Translations under genes and position numbers: made by a program
The notes under the pieces: model-generated
What the model saw: only the letters and a program-made list of their open reading frames with translations
Databases searched by the model: none
Told to the model about the DNA's origin: nothing
Virus record (IMG/VR): IMGVR_UViG_3300042545_001134
Location: 62,001 to 126,000 of that record
Reading direction: 5' to 3' (one strand)
DNA length: 64,000 nt
Part shown: positions 26,137 through 35,986 of the stretch, in pieces
How positions within the stretch are numbered: the first letter of the stretch is position 1
Layout: each line of letters begins with the position of its first letter

Positions 26137-27060
26137 TTATTTAATACCTATCATTGAACTAGTTTTGTCCCCTAACATCGTTTCGGGTAACTTACCATTC
26201 CATTTGTTAATCCACTCAAGTTGTAACAACATAGGGGTAATTGTCTTTTGTTTTAGACTGTTTGCCTCTGCCTCAGCCTTCGCTGCGGTTAACATTGCCT
26301 GAGCGTTACCGTTGGCGGTTGCGATTTTAATCTTAGCCTGAGCCTCAGCAGTTTTAACTTGATTTTCAGCCATCAAAGAACTTTGTACGGCATTATTCTT
26401 AGCCTCGATTGACTTTTTAAATGTCTCAGGATAAATCAAATTAGAAGTGAATTGATTAATAACAAATCCTTCTTTTTGTAATTGACTCTCCAACAATCTA
26501 CGAACCTCGACTTCAAACACCGCTCTATTTGATATGAGTTCATCTGCGGTATACTTATTGGTTGCCAAACGGAACGCATCGTACACTGCGGTCTTTAAAA
26601 ATCCCTCCTCAATCTCGGGTAATGACCTACGATATTTCGCGAAGATGAATGGGACTCTTTCTCGTTGAACCGAATAGTTCACAATTGGGGATACATGGAA
26701 TTCACTACCGTCTTTTGAGTTAACGATAAATGAGTTATCCGCATCTTCTGTCTTGGTGTATTCTTTGTGTTGGATGTAAATCGGGAACTCATAAATTTTT
26801 GTAGTTAATGGATTGTAAAACACCATACCGGTACATTCCGTAACATCATCCACTCCTTTACCTGTTCCATAAAGATTAACTTTAACACCTACGTGTCCTG
26901 CATCGATTCTCTCACATGAGAAGAATAACGTGATAAGTAGAATAAATCCTACGACTCCTAAAATAATTGATTTCATTGTTTTTTTTCTTTTTATTTGTTC
27001 TTGTAATTTACGTTCTTGACGTTCCTTTTCTTGTTGTAAATAATAATTCTGGTAATCCAT
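26137..27060 (-). CDS. SPFH/Band 7 (prohibitin-like) membrane protein
   Basis: TM, AGHVGVKVNLYG, PETFKKSIEAK, Ala-rich coil. Confidence 0.88.
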   Translation of the reverse strand: MDYQNYYLQQEKERQERKLQEQIKRKKTMKSIILGVVGFILLITLFFSCERIDAGHVGVKVNLYGTGKGVDDVTECTGMVFYNPLTTKIYEFPIYIQHKEYTKTEDADNSFIVNSKDGSEFHVSPIVNYSVQRERVPFIFAKYRRSLPEIEEGFLKTAVYDAFRLATNKYTADELISNRAVFEVEVRRLLESQLQKEGFVINQFTSNLIYPETFKKSIEAKNNAVQSSLMAENQVKTAEAQAKIKIATANGNAQAMLTAAKAEAEANSLKQKTITPMLLQLEWINKWNGKLPETMLGDKTSSMIGIK

Positions 27061-27066
27061 TTATGT

Positions 27067-27441
27067 TTATTTTTTTGGTTTATTTATTACCTCCGTTTTT
27101 GGTTTTCTTTTTTTCTTTGGTTTGACAAAAACAATTTCGGGATAATAATCCAACTCCGTTTCAGGTTCTTTATCGGGTTCAGGTTCGAACAATGGATGTA
27201 CCTTTGGTGTGGTATCCAAAAACGTTACCTTAACATAATATATTACAAATAATAGTACGAACACCGCACCGATACCCGAAAGAATATTATACAATGTGTT
27301 TGCCACGGTTAAACCGGGGAAGATAATAAATTGGAAAAATCCAATTACCCCAGTCATTACAAAGAACGATTGTAAAATTGGGGATTTGATTAGTTCAGAG
27401 AAAACTTTTTTCATGATTGTTTGGTTTTTTAAAATATACAA
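27067..27441 (-). CDS. Membrane protein
   Basis: Two TM segments, basic tail. Confidence 0.6.
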   Translation of the reverse strand: MYILKNQTIMKKVFSELIKSPILQSFFVMTGVIGFFQFIIFPGLTVANTLYNILSGIGAVFVLLFVIYYVKVTFLDTTPKVHPLFEPEPDKEPETELDYYPEIVFVKPKKKRKPKTEVINKPKK

Positions 27442-27462
27442 ATTAATTTTTAATTTTCCAAA

Positions 27463-28119
27463 TTACCCAACAACATTTTTCATGTCATCATTGTGATGGT
27501 CAAGAGGTCCCATCTCAGAACCAATTGGTACTTTTAACATTGGGTTCATTACCTCATGAACAAAGTCATATGGTCTAAACTCGGGATGTCCGTCCATACC
27601 AACATCCATTCTTCTTCCACCACTAACCTTAGCGTGATGAGGTAGGTGACAATGACCATGTAAATGGATACGACCTTTTCTTAGATTGTTCCAAGATGTG
27701 ATTGGGTAATGTAACATCTCAAATGAATGACCTTGGTATTCAAGTCTATTGTAGTGACTAACACTGGCAAATAAACTCTTACAGTTTTCACGATTTCTTT
27801 CAATGTGATGGTCATGATTACCTAACAAGATATGAATCTCTTGACAGATGATTCTATTTCTGAATTCCGCAATGTTCTCGAACCCACCGAATGACCAATC
27901 ACCCAAGTGAATCAACACATCATCTTGACCAACAACTTCATTGATGTTGTTTACAATCGCAGCGTTCATCTTATCAAGAGTTGCGAAATCTCTTGTTTGA
28001 CTAACGGGAATACTACCGTCGGGCATTCTCCAATTAGTAATTCCTCTACATATATTAGTATGTGAGTAATGTGTGTCAGATGTTATCCAAACCTTTCTAC
28101 TATTATCTATCCTTAACAT
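27463..28119 (-). CDS. Calcineurin-like metallophosphoesterase
   Basis: SDTHYSH, HLGDW, GNHD, LHYP, HGHCH, DVGMD. Confidence 0.9.
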   Translation of the reverse strand: MLRIDNSRKVWITSDTHYSHTNICRGITNWRMPDGSIPVSQTRDFATLDKMNAAIVNNINEVVGQDDVLIHLGDWSFGGFENIAEFRNRIICQEIHILLGNHDHHIERNRENCKSLFASVSHYNRLEYQGHSFEMLHYPITSWNNLRKGRIHLHGHCHLPHHAKVSGGRRMDVGMDGHPEFRPYDFVHEVMNPMLKVPIGSEMGPLDHHNDDMKNVVG

Positions 28120-28120
28120 A

Positions 28121-28693
28121 TCAACTAAATTCTGTTGATGTACTTACACGAAGTCCATCGATTATTAAATCATCATATTTTTCATTATCCATCCAAAAGG
28201 CACCATGACCTTTTGCTCTTTGTTCTTTACGATATTCTTCGTTGACAACCCAACCATCGGGTTCACCCCATTCGAGTGCCATGGTAATAAACTCTTCAAC
28301 ATTTTCTTCTTCACCATATTCATCTACAACCCTACCTGAACGAATGAACGATAAAAGTTCTTCCTTATTGGAATAATATTTGTCCTTGTGAAAATTCCAA
28401 CAGAACTTCCATCCACCACTTCGTTTACCTAAATGAATATTGGTACCATCGAGAAAATCATCCCAAACAGAAATAGAGTCCCAAGAATCTTCTTTAGTTA
28501 CGCGGAATCCCCTTTCAATATTACTCGGAGTTAAATCTAAATCCATAACTCGTTGGATAAGAACCTTTTTTCTTTCGTCCATCTCACTCTCAAGTGGTAT
28601 ATGGTAATAGTTTGTGCCCATAATAATTATATTATGATACAAAGATAAAAAATAATTTCGAATATTCCAAATAATAGCAAAAAAAATCCCCAA
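28121..28693 (-). CDS. Conserved phage protein (true start probably MGTNYY)
   Basis: IHLGKRSGGWKFCWN; promoter at 28640-28671 lies upstream of MGTNYY. Confidence 0.65.
   Translation of the reverse strand: MGIFFAIIWNIRNYFLSLYHNIIIMGTNYYHIPLESEMDERKKVLIQRVMDLDLTPSNIERGFRVTKEDSWDSISVWDDFLDGTNIHLGKRSGGWKFCWNFHKDKYYSNKEELLSFIRSGRVVDEYGEEENVEEFITMALEWGEPDGWVVNEEYRKEQRAKGHGAFWMDNEKYDDLIIDGLRVSTSTEFS
28640..28671 (-). promoter_or_regulatory. Bacteroidota-type promoter with TTTGGAATATTC element
   Basis: TTTG-N20-TATCTTTG. Confidence 0.75.
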
Positions 28694-28709
28694 TTTCTTG
28701 AGGATTCTT
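28679..28709 (-). terminator. Probable intrinsic terminator
   Basis: Imperfect hairpin followed by long T run on minus strand. Confidence 0.5.
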
Positions 28710-28729
28710 ATTTTATGGGGGAATTGTAA

Positions 28730-29074
28730 TTATTCTTGTACGTAATTTTCGAAAGTTAAATCAGGATTTTCAGTTGAGAATTTACTAATTAAGTAGTCTT
28801 GAACCGATGACAATAACATTTCATATGGGTCAGTTAATGACACATCAAAACTTAATTCCGCTCTGTCAATGTTATTAATGGTAAATTGTGAAACCGTCAC
28901 CAATTGTAGTGAGGTTACATCGGCCGGATTAGTAACTTCTTTTTCAACACATAGTTGACACTGAATATCTAATCTACCCATAGGTATTTGTTGAACGTTT
29001 AATGCGATAACTGCATCTTTAATATAACTGTCGTTGTTTGGGTTTGGAAAGAATCCGTTTACTTGTATTGCCAT
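28730..29074 (-). CDS. Hypothetical protein
   Basis: ORF track. Confidence 0.6.
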   Translation of the reverse strand: MAIQVNGFFPNPNNDSYIKDAVIALNVQQIPMGRLDIQCQLCVEKEVTNPADVTSLQLVTVSQFTINNIDRAELSFDVSLTDPYEMLLSSVQDYLISKFSTENPDLTFENYVQE

Positions 29075-29080
29075 AATATT

Positions 29081-30259
29081 TTATTTCTTTAATTTAGTTA
29101 TCACTCGTTGAACTAATCTGTTTTTAATACTTTCATTAACATCTCTCTTAATTTGGTATTGTTTAACGTTAGCGACTTTTAATGTTTCTTTAGGGTCGAT
29201 TGCCTCGATTTGTGATTTTAATTCCTCAATGGCTTCCATCAATGCGTTAATCACATTGATATCATCCATTACAGTATATGAATTACCATATTCTTTTCTT
29301 GGGTCAAGTTGTGCAGTTTTAGATACTTGGAAGATTTTGTCATCAAGGAAACCACCTCTTAAACCACTCTCTTCTTTCATCTTTTTACCAATCTTGTTTG
29401 TCATTTTAACATTCCACGCAAAACTCTCACCCATTCTTTCACCACTGATTTGAAAATCCATACGAATAGAAACGTCAATGTTCTTTTCTTCAAGACCAAA
29501 CGCATCTAATTTATAGACATCTGTTTTACCAGCGTATTGTTTTTGGTTCTTCTTGTCTGCTGCCCAATTTCTATAGTTTTGGTTAAATTGTCTAGCCAAG
29601 TAATAAGTTTTCATTTCAGGAGTATCTCCACCTTTAACACGTGCAATTGCCGCCTTTAAGAAATCTTGTAACGATTCATAACCGTTGTAGTTATGTGTTT
29701 CGTAATTGATTTTATTGTTATCGTATCGACCGTACATACTAATATGTCTCCTGTCTCTAGCAACGATTGTTGGGATACTTCTTTTGTTAAGAATTTCACT
29801 GAACTCTTGGTCCCCGAATTCTGTATCAACGATAGAAAATAGTTTTCTTTTGATTTTTTCTCCTTCTGACATATTTTCACCTGAGTGAATATATGATGTA
29901 TCGATAGAACCTTCTTCATCACCTTCTCCACCCGGTAAAGGTTTTACATCCAACTTTCTTCTTGGTTGACATGCCGGTAAATTACCTTGTTCCCATTTAA
30001 GATTTACTCCGAACTTTTCTTTTAGTTCGTCCATCAACTCAGAATTTTCTTCAATGAATTGATTAATATCACTACCACAAGTGAATAAAATTGGGGTTCC
30101 TTGTACATTCCATCCTACAAGATTGTTGGTCTTATCCATTATCTTTTCGAATTTTTTGGTTATCCCGCTCATTTTTTTCCAATCGGCCATCTCACCCATA
30201 TCTGTAGTGATAGATTCAAAAATGAGATTTTTTAAATATTTTTTGGTTTTATTGTCCAT
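29081..30259 (-). CDS. Hypothetical protein, probable virion component
   Basis: 392 aa; TATTTAT upstream; leader ending LIFE. Confidence 0.65.
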   Translation of the reverse strand: MDNKTKKYLKNLIFESITTDMGEMADWKKMSGITKKFEKIMDKTNNLVGWNVQGTPILFTCGSDINQFIEENSELMDELKEKFGVNLKWEQGNLPACQPRRKLDVKPLPGGEGDEEGSIDTSYIHSGENMSEGEKIKRKLFSIVDTEFGDQEFSEILNKRSIPTIVARDRRHISMYGRYDNNKINYETHNYNGYESLQDFLKAAIARVKGGDTPEMKTYYLARQFNQNYRNWAADKKNQKQYAGKTDVYKLDAFGLEEKNIDVSIRMDFQISGERMGESFAWNVKMTNKIGKKMKEESGLRGGFLDDKIFQVSKTAQLDPRKEYGNSYTVMDDINVINALMEAIEELKSQIEAIDPKETLKVANVKQYQIKRDVNESIKNRLVQRVITKLKK

Positions 30260-30307
30260 TTAACGATACTTTTTTCTTATATATAAATACAACCGAAATG
30301 GTTATTG

Positions 30308-30535
30308 TTATCTTTTATTGATGATGTCTCGTACTTTTTTACCGAGTTCCATATCATTTGGAGTATCATTGATTACACTTTTTGGGACACATATAACATC
30401 CTCATCGATTTGACGTTCAAAACAAGTGAGACATAATTGTCCCATTCCTTCCAAATAACCCATTCTGTGGTCGATGTGTGTTTCGAACTCATATAGGGTT
30501 TCTTTCCCACATGTAACGCATAATTCTTTTGCCAT
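30308..30535 (-). CDS. Small Cys-motif protein (start MAKELC)
   Basis: CVTC...YLEGMGQLCLTC. Confidence 0.6.
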   Translation of the reverse strand: MAKELCVTCGKETLYEFETHIDHRMGYLEGMGQLCLTCFERQIDEDVICVPKSVINDTPNDMELGKKVRDIINKR

Positions 30536-30581
30536 AGTTATTTTTTTAATAAGATATACTTTTTTTTGTAAAAAAAAAATA

Positions 30582-31895
30582 TTATGATAAAGGTTTAATT
30601 TTAGGACTTGACCCACTATTGTATCCACTAACAACCTGTGCAACCAAATCACCTGTACCCCAAGTCTTTAAAGATTCACATTTGGCGATTTTATCCGCAC
30701 CGATATCATTCTTTAAACCGTTAACAATACAACTGTATGTTGTTTTTCTAAGTGTTTTAAGGGTGGCAATCATACCATCCTCAATCGTTTCATAACTTTT
30801 AACACCATGACTATTAACTGAGACAGAACCCGGTAAATCCCAAGTAGTGTTAAATGGATTAAACGTACCACCACTTCCCTCCGCCTGTCTCCAAGCATAA
30901 AGGAATTTAAGGTTCTCTTCACTTACAGGTGCGCCAAGATTTTCAAGTAGTTTTGCGTAGAATGAACTATCGGTAACACCACCTGCCAATACTGTTGGGT
31001 CAAGATATTGTTTAATATCATTGTCCTCAATGTTCTTTGCTTTAAGTAATTCAATTAGTTTGGTTAACATTTCAGGGGTTGCCTTTGTCATCGATGCACT
31101 TGGTGAACCACCTGATGGTCCTCCAACCGCCTTACCCGCACCATATTGTAAGTGAAAGTGTGGTCCTGTTGCGTTTTTCGATGGGTTAGTGTACTCATCA
31201 ATATATGAGAACTTACCGTCTTTAGATTTGTATTTGTTTAATACATTCATGAACGCCTTCGCGTTTTCTGAATTATATGGTTTCAATACAAGGTCAACCG
31301 CTTGACCCATTGTATGTCTACTTTTAGTACCTTTATGGAAATTATCATTACCCGCGGTAACAACAACCTTTACCTTAGGTTTAACCTCGGCATAATCTTT
31401 TAATACGTCACTTACAATACCACTAATTTCATCTGTAATCTGTCCACCACTGGTAAGTTCATTACCTTTCTCATCGTGACCCAAGTCATCCAATGTACTT
31501 CTTAGTTCGGACGCACTTTCATTAAGTTTCTCGACATTCTCAGATGTGAATTTACTAACGGCAGATGCGGTCTCGGGACCAAACAAACCGTCGACACCAT
31601 ATTTTGGTAAAGTGTAACCGAGTAATGTTAAACCGATTTGCATAGATTCAACTTCCTTTTGAAATCCCATTGAACCTTTTTGTTGTTGACTTAATCCACC
31701 CTTACCAACAGCATCCTCTAATGTAATGTATAGTTGTTCAACGTCTTTAGAAACTAAATCCGCTTTCTTTGGGTCGTCTTTCTTCTTTAAACCTACTTTT
31801 GACAAAATATTATCCAAGAAACCTTCGGTCATAACCTCCTTACCGTAAGTTATTTCGTGGATTCTTTCTAATTCTTCTTGGAGTGTCTTCTTCAT
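30582..31895 (-). CDS. Multi-domain peptidoglycan hydrolase (PG-binding + M15-like peptidase + lysozyme-like)
   Basis: LLGY...GVDGLFGPET; TAGND.FH..SRH..GQAVDL...HFH; AWRQAEG...NPFNTT. Confidence 0.7.
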   Translation of the reverse strand: MKKTLQEELERIHEITYGKEVMTEGFLDNILSKVGLKKKDDPKKADLVSKDVEQLYITLEDAVGKGGLSQQQKGSMGFQKEVESMQIGLTLLGYTLPKYGVDGLFGPETASAVSKFTSENVEKLNESASELRSTLDDLGHDEKGNELTSGGQITDEISGIVSDVLKDYAEVKPKVKVVVTAGNDNFHKGTKSRHTMGQAVDLVLKPYNSENAKAFMNVLNKYKSKDGKFSYIDEYTNPSKNATGPHFHLQYGAGKAVGGPSGGSPSASMTKATPEMLTKLIELLKAKNIEDNDIKQYLDPTVLAGGVTDSSFYAKLLENLGAPVSEENLKFLYAWRQAEGSGGTFNPFNTTWDLPGSVSVNSHGVKSYETIEDGMIATLKTLRKTTYSCIVNGLKNDIGADKIAKCESLKTWGTGDLVAQVVSGYNSGSSPKIKPLS

Positions 31896-31936
31896 GTCTT
31901 AATAAATATATCTAATAAATAGTATAAAACTCCCTT

Positions 31937-32506
31937 TTAGAGTGTCAAAAACTTAATAACCTTCTCCTTTACTCCCGATTGTTTGATGCCTTCATTTCCT
32001 TTTGGTGTTAAAACAAAATTATCTAACCCCCAAGTTTTCCATTCTTCATCATTACCCATGTTTAAATCGTCAATAGAAACCCAATGGGTTATCTCAGGAT
32101 GGTCATGTAGGTATTGTTTAATTTCGATAACCCTACACATCTCCGAGTCCCATTGAGTTGACCATACCCATGTCTTATCATTATACCAAGTACACTCAGA
32201 TAAATCAGGAGTAAACGCAATTGGTTTCTTAATGATTCCTTTGGATTCATAATACTCTCCCATCTCTTCAACATTCGCCCATCGTTTCCAATCTGATGAG
32301 ACAACAATCTCAGCGCCTGTTTCTTCTAAGATTTCGTTAAGGATGGTAATCGCCTTTTTGTTAAAGTTGTCGAATCGAGCATCGACCGGTAAAGACAGAA
32401 CGGATTGTGACAGTTTACGTCCAACCTTGGTTTGTTTTTTGAAACGACCGCCCCACTCTGTGGATAAACAGATTACTCCGTCATGGTCTAAAAATATTAC
32501 TTTCAT
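31937..32506 (-). CDS. HAD phosphatase of the RNA-repair (Swiss-army-knife) type
   Basis: VIFLDHDGV, IVVSSDW, WVSIDD. Confidence 0.8.
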   Translation of the reverse strand: MKVIFLDHDGVICLSTEWGGRFKKQTKVGRKLSQSVLSLPVDARFDNFNKKAITILNEILEETGAEIVVSSDWKRWANVEEMGEYYESKGIIKKPIAFTPDLSECTWYNDKTWVWSTQWDSEMCRVIEIKQYLHDHPEITHWVSIDDLNMGNDEEWKTWGLDNFVLTPKGNEGIKQSGVKEKVIKFLTL

Positions 32507-32587
32507 TCTTTTGGTTTAGTGAGACACTCCAAACATATACTTTGCGCAGGTAATAGAATTGGTATTGGGTTACCACATACCTTACAG

Positions 32588-33280
32588 TTATTTATTGATT
32601 CCATTGTATTTCTTAAATACTTTTACGAACTCAGGTGAATACTTTTTATAAACTATTTCACTCCATTTGGCGTACTTACCAGTTGACATGAATGCCTGAA
32701 TCTCATCATCTATTATTTTCTTATCGTTAACGTAACCCGCCTTGATTAGGTGTTTACCCAAACTGATATATTCGGTCTTCCTGATTTGACTTATCAAATA
32801 ATCCATCTCAACCTTATACTTCAAATCGGTGTAATATAACCCATGGGCCATCTCGTGGTTCATGGTACCTGATTTGATTTTATCTGCACCAATTATGTAC
32901 CACGGTTGGTGCTCTTCACCCTTTCCTTTGGTGTCGTTTTCACAGAAAGAAATAATCTTACCCATGATATTGTCATATTCATTTGGGTAATGTGATTTAA
33001 ATTTTTTGTGAGACTCCAAAAGAATGTTTGATGGAATGTTATATCCAACCCAATCGTGTGGGTAACTAAAGTAAGTTGATTTATTACCCTTAGTGTATGT
33101 TCTCATGTAAGATTCAAGACTGAACACATTACCCCTCACTTCAGGGTATGGTGACTCATAATACTCTTGGTATCTACAGAATAACATTGCACGGTCGTAG
33201 TCATCCTTTATTATGACGGCATAGATGTGCGGTTTAATTTCATTTACTTCACCAACCACTAGTGGATGTACTATTTCCAT
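32588..33280 (-). CDS. Hypothetical protein with HExxH motif
   Basis: NHEMAHG...DEIQA. Confidence 0.6.
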   Translation of the reverse strand: MEIVHPLVVGEVNEIKPHIYAVIIKDDYDRAMLFCRYQEYYESPYPEVRGNVFSLESYMRTYTKGNKSTYFSYPHDWVGYNIPSNILLESHKKFKSHYPNEYDNIMGKIISFCENDTKGKGEEHQPWYIIGADKIKSGTMNHEMAHGLYYTDLKYKVEMDYLISQIRKTEYISLGKHLIKAGYVNDKKIIDDEIQAFMSTGKYAKWSEIVYKKYSPEFVKVFKKYNGINK

Positions 33281-33282
33281 AA

Positions 33283-33477
33283 TTAAAATTTTCCTTCAGT
33301 GTGTGAATTGTTATCCCATTCGTCCTCATCTTCACCAAAAAGGTCCATCCCTTTATAATTGGGGTGGTTTGTTTTCATATAATCAATACCTTCAACCCAT
33401 CTCCACGCAACAATCGTTATTGTTATAACAATTAACACAACATATCCTATAAATCCCATATCCTTAATTATTGTCAA
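33283..33477 (-). CDS. Small membrane protein
   Basis: Single TM. Confidence 0.55.
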   Translation of the reverse strand: MTIIKDMGFIGYVVLIVITITIVAWRWVEGIDYMKTNHPNYKGMDLFGEDEDEWDNNSHTEGKF

Positions 33478-33646
33478 TTCTCATTTTGGTCCTCTTTTTT
33501 TACAATGACTTTACCCTTTTTGTTTATAATATTACCATCTTTATCTAAAATGTTTCCGTTATCATCCATTATGGGTGCCGTTACCATTTGGTAACACATA
33601 AACACCATTGATAGAAACATTAGTGATAGGATAGTGTATATTATTG

Positions 33647-34039
33647 TCATTGGTTAAAATATTTTGATTTCCAAAATTGGTACCATTTACGTTTTTGAAT
33701 TGGTCGGCACTCTGAGAATGGATTATCACCAAAATTAACCCTACCCAAATACTTTGACGATAATACATTTAAAAATATCTCATGATATCTCTTAGGGATT
33801 TCATCAAAGTCTGCCGTGATTTCCACTATAAGTTCGATTGGTCCATTATCATATTGCACAACTATTCGTTCATGAAGTTTCACAATGGTGGATGTTTTAA
33901 TATGAATGGTATCTCCACCCAAAATAAAATCTTGTTGATTTGGGTTATCTGGGTCAATGTTTAACATGTCTTCTTTTACTTTTTTAGGGGTTCTCTTTCT
34001 ACTCGGTTTCGTGCTCGAGGTATCGTTCGCATTTGTCAT
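33647..34039 (-). CDS. Hypothetical protein
   Basis: ORF track. Confidence 0.55.
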   Translation of the reverse strand: MTNANDTSSTKPSRKRTPKKVKEDMLNIDPDNPNQQDFILGGDTIHIKTSTIVKLHERIVVQYDNGPIELIVEITADFDEIPKRYHEIFLNVLSSKYLGRVNFGDNPFSECRPIQKRKWYQFWKSKYFNQ

Positions 34040-34271
34040 AGGATTCTTTATCTATTTCTTTTAGGTAGTCAAAAGTCAATTCATATCTACCACTTATTGT
34101 TGACTCATTAAACCATTCAGAATAGATACTATCCTTTTCATTGGTAACCTTCTCCAAATCCATTTTAAGGATTTTATTTTCATTATCTACTTTGGTGTAC
34201 TGTAGTGTCAACCAAATAACAAATAACATCAACAACATCAAATATGTCATTGGTTTTTTTAGGTATTTCAT
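33999..34271 (-). CDS. Membrane-anchored hypothetical protein
   Basis: N-terminal TM then coil. Confidence 0.55.
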   Translation of the reverse strand: MKYLKKPMTYLMLLMLFVIWLTLQYTKVDNENKILKMDLEKVTNEKDSIYSEWFNESTISGRYELTFDYLKEIDKESYDKCERYLEHETE

Positions 34272-34544
34272 AGTTAAAATTTAAAAAATTTCTTCGGCGA
34301 TACCCAGTATCTCCGCTAAACACAACATGATAGCCGCACCGGTAAAATTCAAGGTAAAAAGACAATAACATGCCCCGATTCTGATACCTGACTTTACAAT
34401 ACTAATCCTGAAATGGACATTTGTTTTTGATTCTTTTTCTTGCATAATAAAATGTACTTAATTTTTTTGACATTACAAAATTAGAAGACAAAAATAGTTA
34501 GAATATCCACATATCCAAAATATTTTTAAAGATATTTTGAAAAA

Positions 34545-35954
34545 TTACGAAATAAAGTCAAACTTTTCCTTCCTTAATTGAAGACCCGAATATTCCGACA
34601 TCTTTTTGTTTAATATTTGTATTGATTTGTTAAACAAAACATCCACTGAGGTATTTGCCTTACCGTATTGTTGACTTAAACACCCCTTCCTGTATTGTAA
34701 ATTAATTCTTTTTCTTTTGTGGGTCATGGCAATATAAACATAGAGTAGTCCGTTGGTAAATTGTTTACCCATACAGTTTTTCATTTTATACCCCTCCAAT
34801 GAAAATTCGTCTTCAGTTTTCAATATTGTGACGTTAAATGTTTCCCCGTCAACTACGATATCTTCTTCTATATGTGAAATAAAATCATCAGGTAACGCAT
34901 ACCTAATACGATAACCTTTTTTAAAATGGTTCTTATATCCTTCCCACTGTTTCAATAATATTTCAAAACTATTATCATCATTTGCTTTAAACTTTAAATC
35001 TAAATTATTATTTAATAATGATTCACGAATAGATAGTAATTCGTTTAATGAAAATACTAACGAATCGTTTTGTAATCCATCTTTTTCCCAATTGTTAAAC
35101 AACTTAACCATGAATCGTTTTTCAGATTCATTCTTTAATGTGTGGTACCTTTTGTTTGGAACTGTCACTGTGCAGTAATCAATCCATTTAATTTGTTTGA
35201 GGTAATCAATATAATTCTCACCAAATAAACCACACACATAACTTATCGTTCTGATATTAATGTAATCTTCCGATTTGTTGATTTCACCAATTAAGTATTT
35301 TGATTTGATACCGTATGAATCCAATATTGCTGGCAGATATTTGTAATCGTTTAACTTCAACCATTTTGGTTTTGGATAATCATATTGTATTGAATGGTAC
35401 ACATCATCGTGTGCTCTGATTTTTTTTCTATCTAAATGAAAGTCAACAAGTAAATCGAACAGAGGATTGATGTGTGGTTTATGTTCATATAGTTTTGTTT
35501 TATAGTATTCGGATTGAAGTATTGGGACAATCTTACTCAACAATATTTTCATAATTGAGTCGCACGCTCTTGTGTATTTTACACCCCAGTAGTTTTGTCT
35601 TTTTTCACCTTTAAAAAACCCTGATTCGGTAAAATCAAAAAGTGTACTAAAGTTATTTGTTTGTCTTTTGATTCTACCTTTGGTTGTACGATTATCATCG
35701 ATACCGTCGTTTGATAATTGGTAATTTGTTGTAACATTACCATTCTTTAGATTAATAGTTAAACCGTGGCTAACAACCATCTTTCTACGGGTACCGTACC
35801 TATTATAATCAAATGAAAATTCGGCAATGTATTGAATTAAGTTATCGTATTGATATAACATTAATTGACAGTTAGAGGTTAAACCTCCTTGTTTGTCGAT
35901 TACTCCCCTTTCTTTTTTATTTTGACTATGATTAAACAATAAGTCCATATACAA
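34545..35954 (-). CDS. PcfJ-like domain protein
   Basis: C-terminal LEGYKMKNCMG; shares internal blocks with 35987-37858. Confidence 0.65.
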   Translation of the reverse strand: MYMDLLFNHSQNKKERGVIDKQGGLTSNCQLMLYQYDNLIQYIAEFSFDYNRYGTRRKMVVSHGLTINLKNGNVTTNYQLSNDGIDDNRTTKGRIKRQTNNFSTLFDFTESGFFKGEKRQNYWGVKYTRACDSIMKILLSKIVPILQSEYYKTKLYEHKPHINPLFDLLVDFHLDRKKIRAHDDVYHSIQYDYPKPKWLKLNDYKYLPAILDSYGIKSKYLIGEINKSEDYINIRTISYVCGLFGENYIDYLKQIKWIDYCTVTVPNKRYHTLKNESEKRFMVKLFNNWEKDGLQNDSLVFSLNELLSIRESLLNNNLDLKFKANDDNSFEILLKQWEGYKNHFKKGYRIRYALPDDFISHIEEDIVVDGETFNVTILKTEDEFSLEGYKMKNCMGKQFTNGLLYVYIAMTHKRKRINLQYRKGCLSQQYGKANTSVDVLFNKSIQILNKKMSEYSGLQLRKEKFDFIS

Positions 35955-35986
35955 AATATATACGGACTTTTTGGAATTATGTAGTC

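Noticed and set aside
33562-33768. 68-aa ORF from the track
   Set aside because: Overlaps 33647-34039; another frame (MTIIYTILSLMFL...KKEDQNEN, ~33474-33650) fits the gene packing better.
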